DNA of 64,000 nucleotides from Pedobacter sp. GTDB taxonomy: Bacteria; Desulfobacterota; Desulfuromonadia; Desulfuromonadales; Syntrophotaleaceae. Each line of letters opens with the position of its first letter. Within the stretch, counting starts at the first letter, position 1. Below are positions 1-10,149 of the stretch, piece after piece. Made by a program: the position numbers and the translations under genes. Location of the stretch: contig JBFWJC010000002.1 in assembly GCA_050253415.1 (NCBI GenBank), positions 544,725 through 608,724 of the forward strand, written 5' to 3'. The notes below the pieces were generated by a model. The model worked only from the letters and a program-made list of their open reading frames with translations, did not search any database and was not told where the DNA came from.

Positions 1-127
1 GCATTATTTAAAGATTCAAACCAGTCTTTCGATTTTTCCTCTATGGTGCAATGGCATTGACAGGTATGCGCAGTGTTGTTATAAATTGCGGACTTGAAAA
101 GCGTTTTCAATTAATTTGGAATTACTC

Positions 128-682
128 ATGATATCATCTCTTAAGATTCTCTATACGCGGGAGCAAATAGCCGCACAGGTTCGCAGGCTTGGCAGTGAGA
201 TCGAACGTGATTTTTCGGATCGGGAAATTCTGCTGGTTTGTGTGCTCAAAGGCTCCTTTTTGTTTTTTGCCGATTTGGTGCGGGAAATTTCCTGCCCGGT
301 GGTGGTCGATTTTGTCCGCATGGCCAGCTATGGCTGCGAAACCATCTCCTCCGGGGTGGTTGAAATGCGTAAAGACCTCGAATTTTCCGTAACCGATCGG
401 GACGTAATTATCGTCGAGGATATTGTCGATACCGGCTATACATTGCAAGCCCTGTATCATCGTTTACAGGACCGTGGTCCGCGTTCGCTGAGGGTTTGCA
501 CGTTGCTCGATAAGCGGTTTGACCGCCGGGTGCCCATCGAGGCGGACTATGTTGGAATCACCCTGGACGAGGGCTTTGTTGTCGGATATGGGCTTGATTA
601 TCAGGAGCAATATCGCCACCTGCCGGACCTGTATGTGTTAAGCGAAGATGCTCCAATTGTGAAGGATGGGGGGCTGTTATGA
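128..682 (+). CDS. hpt: Hypoxanthine phosphoribosyltransferase
   Basis: VLKGSFLF, PRPP-binding IIVEDIVDTGYT and FVVGYGLDY motifs; ATG at 128 preferred over TTG at 116. Confidence 0.95.
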   Translation: MISSLKILYTREQIAAQVRRLGSEIERDFSDREILLVCVLKGSFLFFADLVREISCPVVVDFVRMASYGCETISSGVVEMRKDLEFSVTDRDVIIVEDIVDTGYTLQALYHRLQDRGPRSLRVCTLLDKRFDRRVPIEADYVGITLDEGFVVGYGLDYQEQYRHLPDLYVLSEDAPIVKDGGLL

Positions 683-1893
683 TTGTGCAATGCCCTGATT
701 GTTCCAGCCGGTTTCGCCTGCCAGATGACAAGTTGAAGGCAGAGGGCACCAAGGTTCGTTGCTCCAGATGTCAGAAGGTCTTTACGGTAATGCCCGACCA
801 TGATTCCCCGCCCGCTGCCGACAGTGTCGGTGATAACTGGAATGAGGCGGATGGGTCGGGAGGTGCCGGGTTTCACGAATTTGACTTTGGCGATTCCCCA
901 AGCGACGGCGAAACGTCCGGGCAATTTGATACCAATGATGATTTCAGTACCGGTTCCGACTTTGATTTCGATGCATTTGGCAGCGACCAGGAGCAGGAAT
1001 CCGATGACTTTTTCGCCGATTCAGGTGAGGGGTCTAATGACTTTGCGTTTGGAGAGCCTGCCGGCTTTGAGGATGGATCTGAGTTTTCCATGGAAGAAGA
1101 TGAAGAAGAGGACTTTTTTTCCTCCTCTGCGCGGGGACCTGCTGAAGAGCCGGTTTCCGCAGATTCTTCCGATTCTTTTGGTTTTCCTTCGACGATGCCT
1201 GCCGATGCCGAAACTTTGGATAGGCAAAAGTCCGTATCTGAAGAGTTGGGCGGGTTCGATGAAGATTTGTTTGGGTCGGTTGACGCGAACGAGGACAATC
1301 TGGGCATGCTTCCTCCACCCGTGCGGACATCCGCTCCCCGCAAGTCGGGTCGTAAGGGTGCCTGGTTATTGAGCTTGCTGTTTTTGGCAGCGCTTGCGGC
1401 CGGAGGGTATTTTGCCTGGAGGACGAATAAGATTGACCTTTCTGGTCTGCTGAATGTTGCCCGGATACGGACTTTGCTGCATCTGGATGCGACCGAGGTT
1501 GCGGAGGGGCAGATCCGTACAAGGGGACTGAACGGATTTTTTCTGCAAAGCCGCAAGGCAGGTCGGTTGTTTGTTATTCAGGGTGAGGCTGTGAATGACT
1601 ATCGGGAGCCCCGCTCGGCCATTGCTGTTAAAGGGGTCATTTTTGATGACAAGGGTGTGCCTCTGTTGCAGCAGACGGTGTTTTGCGGGAATCCTCTAGA
1701 TACCGCCGAATTGACAGGTACGTCTTTTGACCGCATCGTCGAGCGGATGAATAATCAATTCGGGGACTCCCTGAGTAACCTTAATGTCCCTGCGGGCAAA
1801 GCCATTCCGTTTACGATTGTATTTCACAACCTGCCAGCGGAGTTGAGTGAATTCTCGGTTGAGGTTGTCGATTCCAAGTCGGCCTCACGCTAG
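679..1893 (+). CDS. MJ0042-type zinc-ribbon / DUF3426-like membrane-anchored protein
   Basis: N-terminal CPDC...VRCSRC ribbon, long acidic D/E/F/S linker, one TM helix, C-terminal beta-rich domain; ATGA overlap with hpt. Confidence 0.8.
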   Translation: MIVQCPDCSSRFRLPDDKLKAEGTKVRCSRCQKVFTVMPDHDSPPAADSVGDNWNEADGSGGAGFHEFDFGDSPSDGETSGQFDTNDDFSTGSDFDFDAFGSDQEQESDDFFADSGEGSNDFAFGEPAGFEDGSEFSMEEDEEEDFFSSSARGPAEEPVSADSSDSFGFPSTMPADAETLDRQKSVSEELGGFDEDLFGSVDANEDNLGMLPPPVRTSAPRKSGRKGAWLLSLLFLAALAAGGYFAWRTNKIDLSGLLNVARIRTLLHLDATEVAEGQIRTRGLNGFFLQSRKAGRLFVIQGEAVNDYREPRSAIAVKGVIFDDKGVPLLQQTVFCGNPLDTAELTGTSFDRIVERMNNQFGDSLSNLNVPAGKAIPFTIVFHNLPAELSEFSVEVVDSKSASR

Positions 1894-2014
1894 GGATTCG
1901 GGTGGACAACCTGCTTGCTCATGATCGTGGGCGGTCCGTTGGGCTCAAGAGCAGGCTCTTTTGTTGCTGAAAATTGTTGTGCCGGGTGAGGTGTGTCGTT
2001 CGGGGGAGGGTGTG

Positions 2015-2197
2015 TCAGTTCTTACGCGGGGGAGTCGACGAATCGTTGCGAGATTCTTGACCCCGTTCCCCACGCCAGCCCTTTTGGAAGTTGGCCAGGC
2101 TTTTTCCTAGCCCTGCGCCGATTTCCGGAAGTTTGCGTGCGCCAAACAGCAGCAGGCAGATAATGAGGAGTAGGGTCAGTTCCCAGAAGCCGGGCAT
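2015..2197 (-). CDS. tatA: Twin-arginine translocase TatA/E subunit
   Basis: WELxxxLxxxLLLFGARKLPEIGAGLGK signature. Confidence 0.9.
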   Translation of the reverse strand: MPGFWELTLLLIICLLLFGARKLPEIGAGLGKSLANFQKGWRGERGQESRNDSSTPPRKN

Positions 2198-2240
2198 GAT
2201 TCCAAGGCTCTCCTTCGGAAGGCGGCTGTTCTGTGAAGAA

Positions 2241-2274
2241 TAGCGGGAGAAACCATCGCTGGAATCTCCCGCTA
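2241..2274 (-). terminator. Probable intrinsic terminator after the ferredoxin gene
   Basis: tagcgggaga...tctcccgcta inverted repeat followed by TTCTT on the minus strand. Confidence 0.5.
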
Positions 2275-2291
2275 CGCAGGGTTGTACTGGA

Positions 2292-2462
2292 TTAGTCTGC
2301 TTTGATAGCGTCTACGGGGCAGCTGTCAATACAAGCGCCGCAGTCGGTGCAGGCGTCAGCGTCAATCACGCGTACGTCGCCTTTTTCTTCGATAGCGCCC
2401 AAGGGGCAGCTGTCGTCACAAGCACCGCAGTTAATGCAATCTTCAGTGATAGTATGGGACAA
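2292..2462 (-). CDS. 2x[4Fe-4S] ferredoxin, 56 aa (absent from the ORF track)
   Basis: Hand translation: MSHTITEDCINCGACDDSCPLGAIEEKGDVRVIDADACTDCGACIDSCPVDAIKAD; two CxxCxxCxxxCP motifs; TTG start with GGAGGTG RBS. Confidence 0.95.
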   Translation of the reverse strand: MSHTITEDCINCGACDDSCPLGAIEEKGDVRVIDADACTDCGACIDSCPVDAIKAD

Positions 2463-2709
2463 GGTATTCACCTCCTTTTCTTTGAAATCACTTGCTTCTT
2501 CCCTTGTAGATCTTAGGTGCGAATTCTACAACAACTTTTTATAAATTGTCCACCCCAAATGATGCTAAAGGGTTTGACATAAAGGCCTTGATTTTAAAGG
2601 GGTCATCTTATAGTATCTATTCGTTTGACTGTTGAAGCCTGACCAATGGGCGGAAGGGGGCCGGCCTTTCCGCCCGTAACACATTTAAAGAGGAGGCACG
2701 TTAAGTTCT

Positions 2710-3975
2710 ATGGATATTCTCGCTCTGAATTGCGGAAGCTCTTCCGTAAAATACCAGCTGTACAGCTGGACCCGTCGTGAAGTTATTGCCAAGGGTGTGG
2801 TTGAGAGGGTTGGCATTGGCGAATCCTTTATTTCCCACGAAGTCCCGGGCCGTGAGGATTACAAAAGTTCTCACGATTGTTCCGATCACACCGTAGCCAT
2901 CGAGTTGATCATCAAAACCCTGACCAGCGAGACAGTCGGCGTGGTCAAGAGCATGGATGAAATTTCCGCTGTCGGCCACCGGGTTGTGCATGGCGGTGAA
3001 AAATTCGCCAGCTCGGTGTTGATCGATGAAGCCGTGCTCCAGGGGATCAAGGATGTGCAGCATCTGGCACCCTTGCACAATCCGCCCAATATCATGGGTA
3101 TCGAAGCGGCCAAAAAAGTTCTGCCGAATGTCCCTCATGTCGCTATCTTCGACACCGCATTCCATCAGACCATGCCCCAAGAAGCTTACATGTATCCGCT
3201 GCCCTACGAGTGGTACGAGAAACACAGCGTGCGTCGCTACGGTTTCCATGGCACCTCTCACCTGTACGTCTCCAAGCGCGCTGCGGTACTGCTCGGCAAA
3301 GACCCCAAGGACTGCAACATCATTACCCTGCATATCGGTAACGGTGCATCCCACGCTGCAATCCGTGGCGGTGTCTGCGTCGATACCAGCATGGGCCTGA
3401 CCCCTCTCGAGGGAGCCGTGATGGGTACCCGCAGTGGTGACATCGACCCTGCGATCCCGACCTTCATCATGGAGCGCGAGGGCTACTCCGCCAAGGAGAT
3501 GGACAGCATTCTGAACAAGAAGTCCGGTCTGCTCGGCATTACCGGCAAGTACACCGACCGTCGTGACATCGGTGACGGGATCAAGGCCGGCGACAAGCGC
3601 TGCCAGTTGGCGCATGACATCGAATGCTATCGCATCAAGAAATATATCGGCTCCTACATGGCGGTGCTGGGTAAGGTGGACGCTATCGTCTTCACCGCCG
3701 GCGTCGGCGAAATGGGTTCCGAAATCCGCCAGCAGGCTCTCGAAGGGCTCGAGGCTCTGGGGATCAAGGTTGATAAAGAAAAGAACCTCAAGACCCGCAC
3801 CAAAAAAGCCGAAGTGGAAATCTCCACCCCCGATTCGCCGGTCAAGGTATACGTTATCCCTACCGACGAAGAACTGGTGTTTACTGAGGACGTGGTTGGT
3901 ATTCTCGAAAATACCTACAGCGATCACATGGATTTCGGTTACAGCTTCAAGTCGAAAGACTACGAGCGCAAGTAA
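2710..3975 (+). CDS. ackA: Acetate kinase
   Basis: LNCGSSSVK, GHRVVHGG, FDTAFHQT, RRYGFHGTSH and DTSMGLTPLEG motifs; AGGAGG RBS. Confidence 0.97.
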   Translation: MDILALNCGSSSVKYQLYSWTRREVIAKGVVERVGIGESFISHEVPGREDYKSSHDCSDHTVAIELIIKTLTSETVGVVKSMDEISAVGHRVVHGGEKFASSVLIDEAVLQGIKDVQHLAPLHNPPNIMGIEAAKKVLPNVPHVAIFDTAFHQTMPQEAYMYPLPYEWYEKHSVRRYGFHGTSHLYVSKRAAVLLGKDPKDCNIITLHIGNGASHAAIRGGVCVDTSMGLTPLEGAVMGTRSGDIDPAIPTFIMEREGYSAKEMDSILNKKSGLLGITGKYTDRRDIGDGIKAGDKRCQLAHDIECYRIKKYIGSYMAVLGKVDAIVFTAGVGEMGSEIRQQALEGLEALGIKVDKEKNLKTRTKKAEVEISTPDSPVKVYVIPTDEELVFTEDVVGILENTYSDHMDFGYSFKSKDYERK

Positions 3976-3997
3976 GTCGATCCGTACTATCGTACGC

Positions 3998-4034
3998 AAA
4001 AAGGCCGGTGGAATAATTCCACCGGCCTTTTTTT
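3998..4034. terminator. Bidirectional intrinsic terminator between convergent ackA and pta
   Basis: aaaaaggccggtggaa-taa-ttccaccggccttttttt. Confidence 0.9.
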
Positions 4035-4060
4035 GTTCAAAATGTTACGTTAGTCAGTGA

Positions 4061-5062
4061 TCAGCCCTGCGCCTGAACAGCGGTGATGGCGGTGACGCTG
4101 ATGATGTCATCTACCGAGCATCCGCGGGAAAGGTCATTAACCGGCATGGCCAGGCCTTGAATAACGGGGCCGACGGCTTCAGCACCGGCGAGACGTTGAA
4201 CCAGTTTGTAGCCGATGTTGCCGGCACCCAGGTCGGGGAAGACCAAGGTGTTGGCTTTGCCTGCTACGGTCGAACCGGGGGCTTTGCTGGCACCGACCTT
4301 GGGTACCAGGGCCGCATCGGCCTGCAGTTCGCCGTCGATCTGAAGTTCAGGGGCCATTTCCTTGGCGATTGCCAGGGCTTCGATGACCTTGTCGGCGTCT
4401 TCGTGTTTGGCGCTGCCTTTGGTCGAGAAGGACAGCATCGCTACCCTTGCTTCGACACCGAGGAAGCTCTTGCAGCTTTTGGCCGTGGAAATGGCGATTT
4501 CAGCCAGGGCCCGGGCGTCAGGATTGGGGTTGACCGCGCAGTCTGCAAACAGCATGGAACCGTTTTCACCGTATTCGGGAGTGTTGGTTACCATGATGAA
4601 GCAGGACGAGACGGTTTTCATGCCCGGTGCGGGACCAATCACCTGAAACGCTGCGCGCAGTACATTGCCGGTGGTGTTGTAGGCACCGGCAACGCAACCG
4701 CCGGCATCGCCTTTACGTACCATCATGGTGCCGAAGAACAGGTTGTCGTCAGCAGTCAGAAGCTTCAGCGCGTCTTCGCGGGACAGGCCCTTCTTTTTGC
4801 GGATTTCGACCAGCTCGTCTGCGTAGGCATCGAGTTGGGGCGCGGTTTTGGGGTCGAGCAGGGTGACGCCTTCGAGGGAAACGCCTAGTTCGGCAGCTTT
4901 AGCCTGCAAAGCGGCGGGCTCGCCCAGCAGTACGACCTTCGCGATATTGTCTTTTACGATAGGGCCTGCGGCCTGAATCATGCGGTCATCGTAACCTTCG
5001 GGAAGAACGACGATCTGAGGGTTCTGGCGGGCTTTGGCTTTGATCTGGTCAACCAAGTGCAT
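4061..5062 (-). CDS. pta: Phosphate acetyltransferase (short form)
   Basis: [37 protein letters not shown] and NDLSRGC motifs. Confidence 0.96.
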   Translation of the reverse strand: MHLVDQIKAKARQNPQIVVLPEGYDDRMIQAAGPIVKDNIAKVVLLGEPAALQAKAAELGVSLEGVTLLDPKTAPQLDAYADELVEIRKKKGLSREDALKLLTADDNLFFGTMMVRKGDAGGCVAGAYNTTGNVLRAAFQVIGPAPGMKTVSSCFIMVTNTPEYGENGSMLFADCAVNPNPDARALAEIAISTAKSCKSFLGVEARVAMLSFSTKGSAKHEDADKVIEALAIAKEMAPELQIDGELQADAALVPKVGASKAPGSTVAGKANTLVFPDLGAGNIGYKLVQRLAGAEAVGPVIQGLAMPVNDLSRGCSVDDIISVTAITAVQAQG

Positions 5063-5243
5063 AGGGATCCTCCTACAGGTGTATAGGTTATGAGCGCCTC
5101 ATTTATACTTGATGCCCCCTGAGGGGTCAACTTCTTTTCCTTAAAATATGGAGCTCCCTGCTATTGTAAGGGCTGGGGATTCTCAGCTAGTCAAAAGATG
5201 GCGGGTTCATGTATAATGACCTCTGAAAAATTACCTTACTCCG

Positions 5244-6080
5244 GTGAAATCAAAGGCCAGAATGAGCCCCTCATACCGTCAAGATATAGTGCTGGCAGCC
5301 TTTGCAGTGCTGTCTTTGTTGTTGCACCTGCTGTTACTGTATGTTTTACCGGCCGATCGTTTAATGGTCGCGCCCGCGGAAAAGCAGCCTGTCGTGGTCG
5401 AGGTGCGTCCTCCGCAGCAAGCGAGGCGCGAAATCGACATGCCACCCGAGGTTCGTCCGCCACAACCGCGGCAACAGCCGGCCAAGAGATTGGCGCCTGT
5501 CGACCAGGTAGTGCCACGGGAAACTGCCCCCAAGGGGGCTGCTCCGGAAGATCGGCAACCTTTGCCGCAAGCTGTCGCCAAGGCCCCCAGTCCTGCCTCT
5601 GCCAGGCGTGCTCCGGCTGGACCAGGCAGGGTGTCACCTGAATCGCTGGATCTTGGGTTGCCTGTAACAACACAAGAGCGTCTGCGCGGAGAGATTGCGC
5701 GCAAAGACCGACAGGATGTAGAGGAGGGGGAGGCTGTATGGCTCGACACGGAGAAGGATCTGCTGGCATCCTTTTTTAAACGGTTTCGAGACAATATCTA
5801 TCAAGTCTGGAACTATCCGCGTTCGGCCGCAGAGCGTGGAGAGTCAGGTGTCTGTCTGCTTAAAATCGTCATCAATCAGGATGGCAGCGTCGAAAATGTC
5901 GAACGTCTGGAAAGTACCGGATTCCCAACCCTCGATCGGGAAGCAGTTGCCGCCGTGTATCGCGGGGCCTCCTACGGCAACCTGCCTTCATCATATCCCA
6001 AAGATCAACTTACCATCATGGCCTATTTTCAATATCGGCTTACCGCTTCGGGTGGGGTTTTCGATATAAGCGGTCGTTAA
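5244..6080 (+). CDS. TonB-family energy transducer
   Basis: N-terminal TM with SLLLH motif, Pro-rich linker, TonB_C-like WNYPRSA...G...STGFPTLDREA; start uncertain (5244 or 5262). Confidence 0.8.
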   Translation: MKSKARMSPSYRQDIVLAAFAVLSLLLHLLLLYVLPADRLMVAPAEKQPVVVEVRPPQQARREIDMPPEVRPPQPRQQPAKRLAPVDQVVPRETAPKGAAPEDRQPLPQAVAKAPSPASARRAPAGPGRVSPESLDLGLPVTTQERLRGEIARKDRQDVEEGEAVWLDTEKDLLASFFKRFRDNIYQVWNYPRSAAERGESGVCLLKIVINQDGSVENVERLESTGFPTLDREAVAAVYRGASYGNLPSSYPKDQLTIMAYFQYRLTASGGVFDISGR

Positions 6081-6136
6081 TGGTTTTGGTAAGTGTTTTT
6101 CTATGAAAACTTCCGCGACTGCGGGATGCGTTTCGC

Positions 6137-6523
6137 TTAGTCTTCCCCCTGGACGAATTCCGTGTAATCGTCGGCATCCATCAGGTCATCCAACTCCTCA
6201 ACTTCGGACAGTTTCAGGCGGATCATCCAGCCATCTTCATAAGGAGAAGAGCTGATCCAGTCAGGAGAATCGATCAGGTCCTGGTTGGCCTCGATGACTT
6301 CGCCTGAAAGGGGAGAATAGATCTCAACCATTCCCTGGGGTAATTCGACTGTCGCCAAAGTATCTCCCATCTCCAGATCGGTACCGACTTCAGGTATCTC
6401 AATGGAGAGGATTTCCTCCATATCACCATGCAGATATTCCGTTATGCCTATGGTAGCCAGATCCCCGTCTGCCTCAATCCATACATGGTCCTCGTTATAC
6501 AATAATTCATCGGGAAAGAGCAT
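6137..6523 (-). CDS. Glycine cleavage H-like protein lacking the lipoyl lysine
   Basis: HVWI...ATIGIT...IYSPLSGEV...SPYEDGWM motifs of GcvH; VELPQG replaces VESVKA; ATG at 6523 with GGAGG RBS. Confidence 0.85.
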   Translation of the reverse strand: MLFPDELLYNEDHVWIEADGDLATIGITEYLHGDMEEILSIEIPEVGTDLEMGDTLATVELPQGMVEIYSPLSGEVIEANQDLIDSPDWISSSPYEDGWMIRLKLSEVEELDDLMDADDYTEFVQGED

Positions 6524-6819
6524 GGGACCTCCCTTGCGGTAACGTTGTCCTGGTTTGATAACCGGGACTTTGGCGTCGCTATGTTTCAGGTTAGTAAACT
6601 GTAGCCCCGGGACTTTGTCAAGGTAGAACACGTCTCTTGGCCATGGGGCGGTTTTGAGCGAAATATACGAAAAACAGATTACGATGTAAAGGCAAGAGAT
6701 GTGGAAATTTTTTTTCTCTATTTTACAGAGGGCGTTGCTGGCTGCGGCGGGAGCGTCTGCAGGAGGTCGGGAAGGGGTTGAGGTGGTCTGCCGAGGAGGG
6801 AAAGGAAACTATGGCGATG

Positions 6820-6858
6820 AAAAAAAAACGACCGCCGGTTACCCGGAGGTCGTTTTTT
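6820..6858 (-). terminator. Intrinsic terminator after the FmdB-like gene
   Basis: aaaaaacgaccgccgg-ttac-ccggaggtcgtttttt, with A/T tracts on both sides. Confidence 0.75.
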
Positions 6859-7115
6859 CAGGCGTTGCTGGCTGCCTTGGGGCAACCCTTGCAGCTTGCT
6901 CCCGAATCACCTGGACTGCATCCGGAAGGTTTGCTGGTGGAAGAATAACCTTGTTGGTACCAGCCGCTGCCCTTGAGGGCGAAAGCTGATTGAGAAATAA
7001 GCTTGTGCACAGCGCCACCACATTCCTGGCATTGGCTCAAAGGCTCGTCGGAAAATTTCTGGCGTGCTTCAAAGACCAGGCCGCACGCATCGCATTGATA
7101 TTCGTAGATGGGCAT
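6858..7115 (-). CDS. FmdB-family zinc-ribbon protein
   Basis: MPIYEYQCDACG...CQECGG...FALKGSGWY. Confidence 0.9.
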   Translation of the reverse strand: MPIYEYQCDACGLVFEARQKFSDEPLSQCQECGGAVHKLISQSAFALKGSGWYQQGYSSTSKPSGCSPGDSGASCKGCPKAASNA

Positions 7116-7398
7116 TCAAAACCTCCGTTTATCTGATTTCGCTTCTTAATGTAGCTATTCATGCCCTTGTTTGTCAAGGGGCGGACTAACCCTGAGCGTG
7201 TTTGCCGCAGAAGAAAAAATAGGTTTATAGGTATTGAGAATTCACGGAAATAGTGTAAGGTTACAAATTAGAAAAAATAAAGCTATAAGGTTGGTCATTA
7301 TGAGCCATGGTAATAAGCAGCGTTCCGTTATGATGACTTCAGTGCCATGGAATGGAGATTTTCGAACTGATTATCAATATTTATATAAGTATATATAA

Positions 7399-9312
7399 GT
7401 GCTATGCGGACTGATTGCTGTGGATGGTGGATGGGTGAGAAAAAAAACACTTATTGATGAGTGGAAGATGCAAGTCTCCTGCATGGGCAAGCTTGCGCAG
7501 CCCCTGGCTGCGTTGGGCTTGGTCCTTATTTGCCTGGTAATCATGGATCGATCTCCTGTTTGTGCCAACCTGCTGCGCCTGCAGGGGGGGGGACGGCATC
7601 AGGTCACTCCCTTTATGGAGATTCTAAAAGATCCAGGAGGAATTTGGACCGTTGACCAAATTGCCGGGGATTCCTTTGACGGAGCATTTTTCTCCGTCGC
7701 TCATGACAGTATCAATCTTGGGGTGTCGGATGCTGTTTACTGGTTACGCTTTTCCGTGGTTGATCAGTCGGAAAAGCAGCCCGCAACCGGTCAGCCATTA
7801 TTGTGGTTGTTCGATCTGCGCTGGCCTTTTGTCAAGCAAATGGATATCTATGCTGTCTCTACCGAACCCGGGGCACAAATTCACATTGAAAAGGTCGCAT
7901 CCGGTAGTTCGGAATGTCCTGTTTTTGATGTCGTTCCGCAGCAAGGATGTCGTACCTTGTTTTATCTTCCCACCGTGATGCGAAAAGCGAAAACAATTTA
8001 CATACGCATCGTTCCCTTGGGGCATCTGGTTCTTTCACCCGTTGTAACCACGGTGAAAGGTTATCAGGATGGGTTGGCTCAAGGTATGCTGCGATCCGGG
8101 TTGCTTATCGGGGTCATCTTTGCGTTATCCCTGTGCTGTCTTATTCTGTTCACCGCCGTGCGCGAACGCAGCTATGCCTGGCTTGCGCTGGGTATATTTA
8201 TGGCAGGGGCATCTCTTGCTTTTATGCAGCCGCTTGCCGTGGCCTACCTTCTTGATATGCCGGTTGACGTGATCCATAAGGCTGCTCAATTGTTCTCCGG
8301 CGGAGCGATAATTTTTCTGGGGTGTTTCGTTCGGTCTTTCATCGGTATGCCGGCAGGTGCTGTGGGATTACGGCGGGTTGATCGATTGTTGTTGGTTTTT
8401 ATCCTTTTAGGGGTGCTTTTGATTCTGGTGGCCTCTGTCGGAAGAAGTGCGGTGCACGAGGTCGTGTTTGCTTTTTTGGCCCTGCTTGCAGGGCCCGTCA
8501 TCATGGCAGCAAGTTTAATGGCATGGCGTCAAGGTGTTCGCCGGGCACGGTTTGTTTTCATTGCAAGTGTGGTTGCCGGTGGATGCGGTTTCGGGCATAT
8601 GTTGTTTTTTGTAGGCTTACTGGAATCCACTCCTGTGCAGACGCACCTTTTTGAGCTCGGGAGTCTTTGTGGCGTGATTTTGCTGGTCTGCGCTCTGCGG
8701 GACAGAGTGCGTGCTTTGCACCGTGAACGGGAGACGCTGCGCGTTTCTGAACGACGGCATATGCTGCTGGCTTTTACCGATGCGCTGACCGGTTTGTTCA
8801 ATATGCGATATTTCCGCATCCAGCTCGATCTGGAAATCCGGCGCGCCGAACAAATGAATCAGCCATTCACTCTGATGATGATGGATATCGATAATTTCAA
8901 GTTGTTTAATGATTGTTACGGGCATCTTGAGGGGGATCGGGTGTTGCGTCATCTGGGGGGATTGGTAGGTTCAGTAGTCCGGGAGCGGGATGTGGCTTGT
9001 CGCTATGGAGGAGAAGAGTTCGCTGTTATATTGCCGGGTAGTGATCGCGACGCTGCCGTCAATATACATACACGCCTGCAACAGGCCTTGCAGCAATGGG
9101 CGCAACAGGAAAAGACGGACTTGCCGTATATGGTAACCCTCAGCGTCGGAGTGGCGGAATATCGCTCCGGCGAAACGGCCGAAGATATCATTGCCCGGGC
9201 CGATAGTGCGATGTATGCCGCGAAGCAGGGTGGCCGTGATCAACTGGTTATAAGCCAATTCGGTTATCTGGCCGAAGATAGGAAATATCAGGGTTGTTAT
9301 AGCTCGTTTTAA
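7399..9312 (+). CDS. 7TM-DISM sensor diguanylate cyclase
   Basis: Periplasmic NLGVSDAVYWLRF (DISMED2-like), about 7 TM helices, DALTGLFN...RERD (I-site)...YGGEEF; true start may be further downstream. Confidence 0.88.
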   Translation: MLCGLIAVDGGWVRKKTLIDEWKMQVSCMGKLAQPLAALGLVLICLVIMDRSPVCANLLRLQGGGRHQVTPFMEILKDPGGIWTVDQIAGDSFDGAFFSVAHDSINLGVSDAVYWLRFSVVDQSEKQPATGQPLLWLFDLRWPFVKQMDIYAVSTEPGAQIHIEKVASGSSECPVFDVVPQQGCRTLFYLPTVMRKAKTIYIRIVPLGHLVLSPVVTTVKGYQDGLAQGMLRSGLLIGVIFALSLCCLILFTAVRERSYAWLALGIFMAGASLAFMQPLAVAYLLDMPVDVIHKAAQLFSGGAIIFLGCFVRSFIGMPAGAVGLRRVDRLLLVFILLGVLLILVASVGRSAVHEVVFAFLALLAGPVIMAASLMAWRQGVRRARFVFIASVVAGGCGFGHMLFFVGLLESTPVQTHLFELGSLCGVILLVCALRDRVRALHRERETLRVSERRHMLLAFTDALTGLFNMRYFRIQLDLEIRRAEQMNQPFTLMMMDIDNFKLFNDCYGHLEGDRVLRHLGGLVGSVVRERDVACRYGGEEFAVILPGSDRDAAVNIHTRLQQALQQWAQQEKTDLPYMVTLSVGVAEYRSGETAEDIIARADSAMYAAKQGGRDQLVISQFGYLAEDRKYQGCYSSF

Positions 9313-9357
9313 CGGACGAGTTTGCTGTTACCCCCTCCGACACGCAGGTAGCCCCTT

Positions 9358-10149
9358 TCACTCATCATCCGCTGCGGCAACAGCCTCCAGTGCCACGCGG
9401 ATGGCATTGTTTTGAGCGACTTGCTTCAAACTCTGATCGATAGTTTCTCCCGAGGTTCGTCCGGCCAGCACACCGCACACGCACCCTGCGGAAAAACCGT
9501 ACACCCCCGCCATTTTAAAAAGGGTTCCAGCTTCCATTTCGTAATTCAAAATGTTCAATCGGCGGTATTCCTCTGTGATTCCTACTAATTTCCTTAGCAG
9601 GTGAGGATTAGCCGAGGTCCCGGTGCGTTCCTGTCCTTCATAAAAGGTATCGACGGATGCGGTCAGACCCAGGTGGTAGGGAATATTAAGGCTGCGGGCC
9701 GCGTTGGCCAGGGCGACGGTGACAAAAGGATCGGCTGCAGCCGGGTATTCCGGTGGCGCAATATCGTTGGCGGCTCCCTGTCGGCACAGGGCGGCCTGAG
9801 AAATAACCACGCTGCCAACCTTGACATGGTCCTGAATGGATCCGCAGGTGCCGACCCGGATAATGCGGCGAATGCCCACGGCAAACAATTCATTGACGAC
9901 GATGCTCAGGGAGGGAGCGCCCATGCCGCTGGTGGCTGCCAGCAACGGTTGCCCATTGTCCAGAGCGAGCAGGTAGCTGTTCAAGCCGCGGTTTTCCGAC
10001 AGGGTTTTGCGATATTGGACACCCTCGGTTTCCATGGCGATCTGTCTTGCACGTTCCGGTGCGCCGCACAGCAGGGCGGTGGTAGGAGGGGTTGGCCCGA
10101 GATCCGCAGCCTTGAAACCTATATGGTAAAGGGGTAAACAATCAGACAT
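9358..10149 (-). CDS. udp: Uridine/nucleoside phosphorylase
   Basis: SGMGAPS, IIRVGTCGSIQ, DTFYEGQER and NYEMEA motifs. Confidence 0.88.
   Translation of the reverse strand: MSDCLPLYHIGFKAADLGPTPPTTALLCGAPERARQIAMETEGVQYRKTLSENRGLNSYLLALDNGQPLLAATSGMGAPSLSIVVNELFAVGIRRIIRVGTCGSIQDHVKVGSVVISQAALCRQGAANDIAPPEYPAAADPFVTVALANAARSLNIPYHLGLTASVDTFYEGQERTGTSANPHLLRKLVGITEEYRRLNILNYEMEAGTLFKMAGVYGFSAGCVCGVLAGRTSGETIDQSLKQVAQNNAIRVALEAVAAADDE

Noticed and set aside
2302..2544. 80-aa plus-strand ORF in the track
   Set aside because: Antisense shadow of the real minus-strand ferredoxin.
2701..3999. 432-aa antisense ORF over ackA (similar ones over pta, over ilvC at 25089-26684 and over the GRE at 44195-45154)
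   Set aside because: Shadow ORFs mirroring highly biased coding strands; no motifs, and the sense genes are unambiguous.
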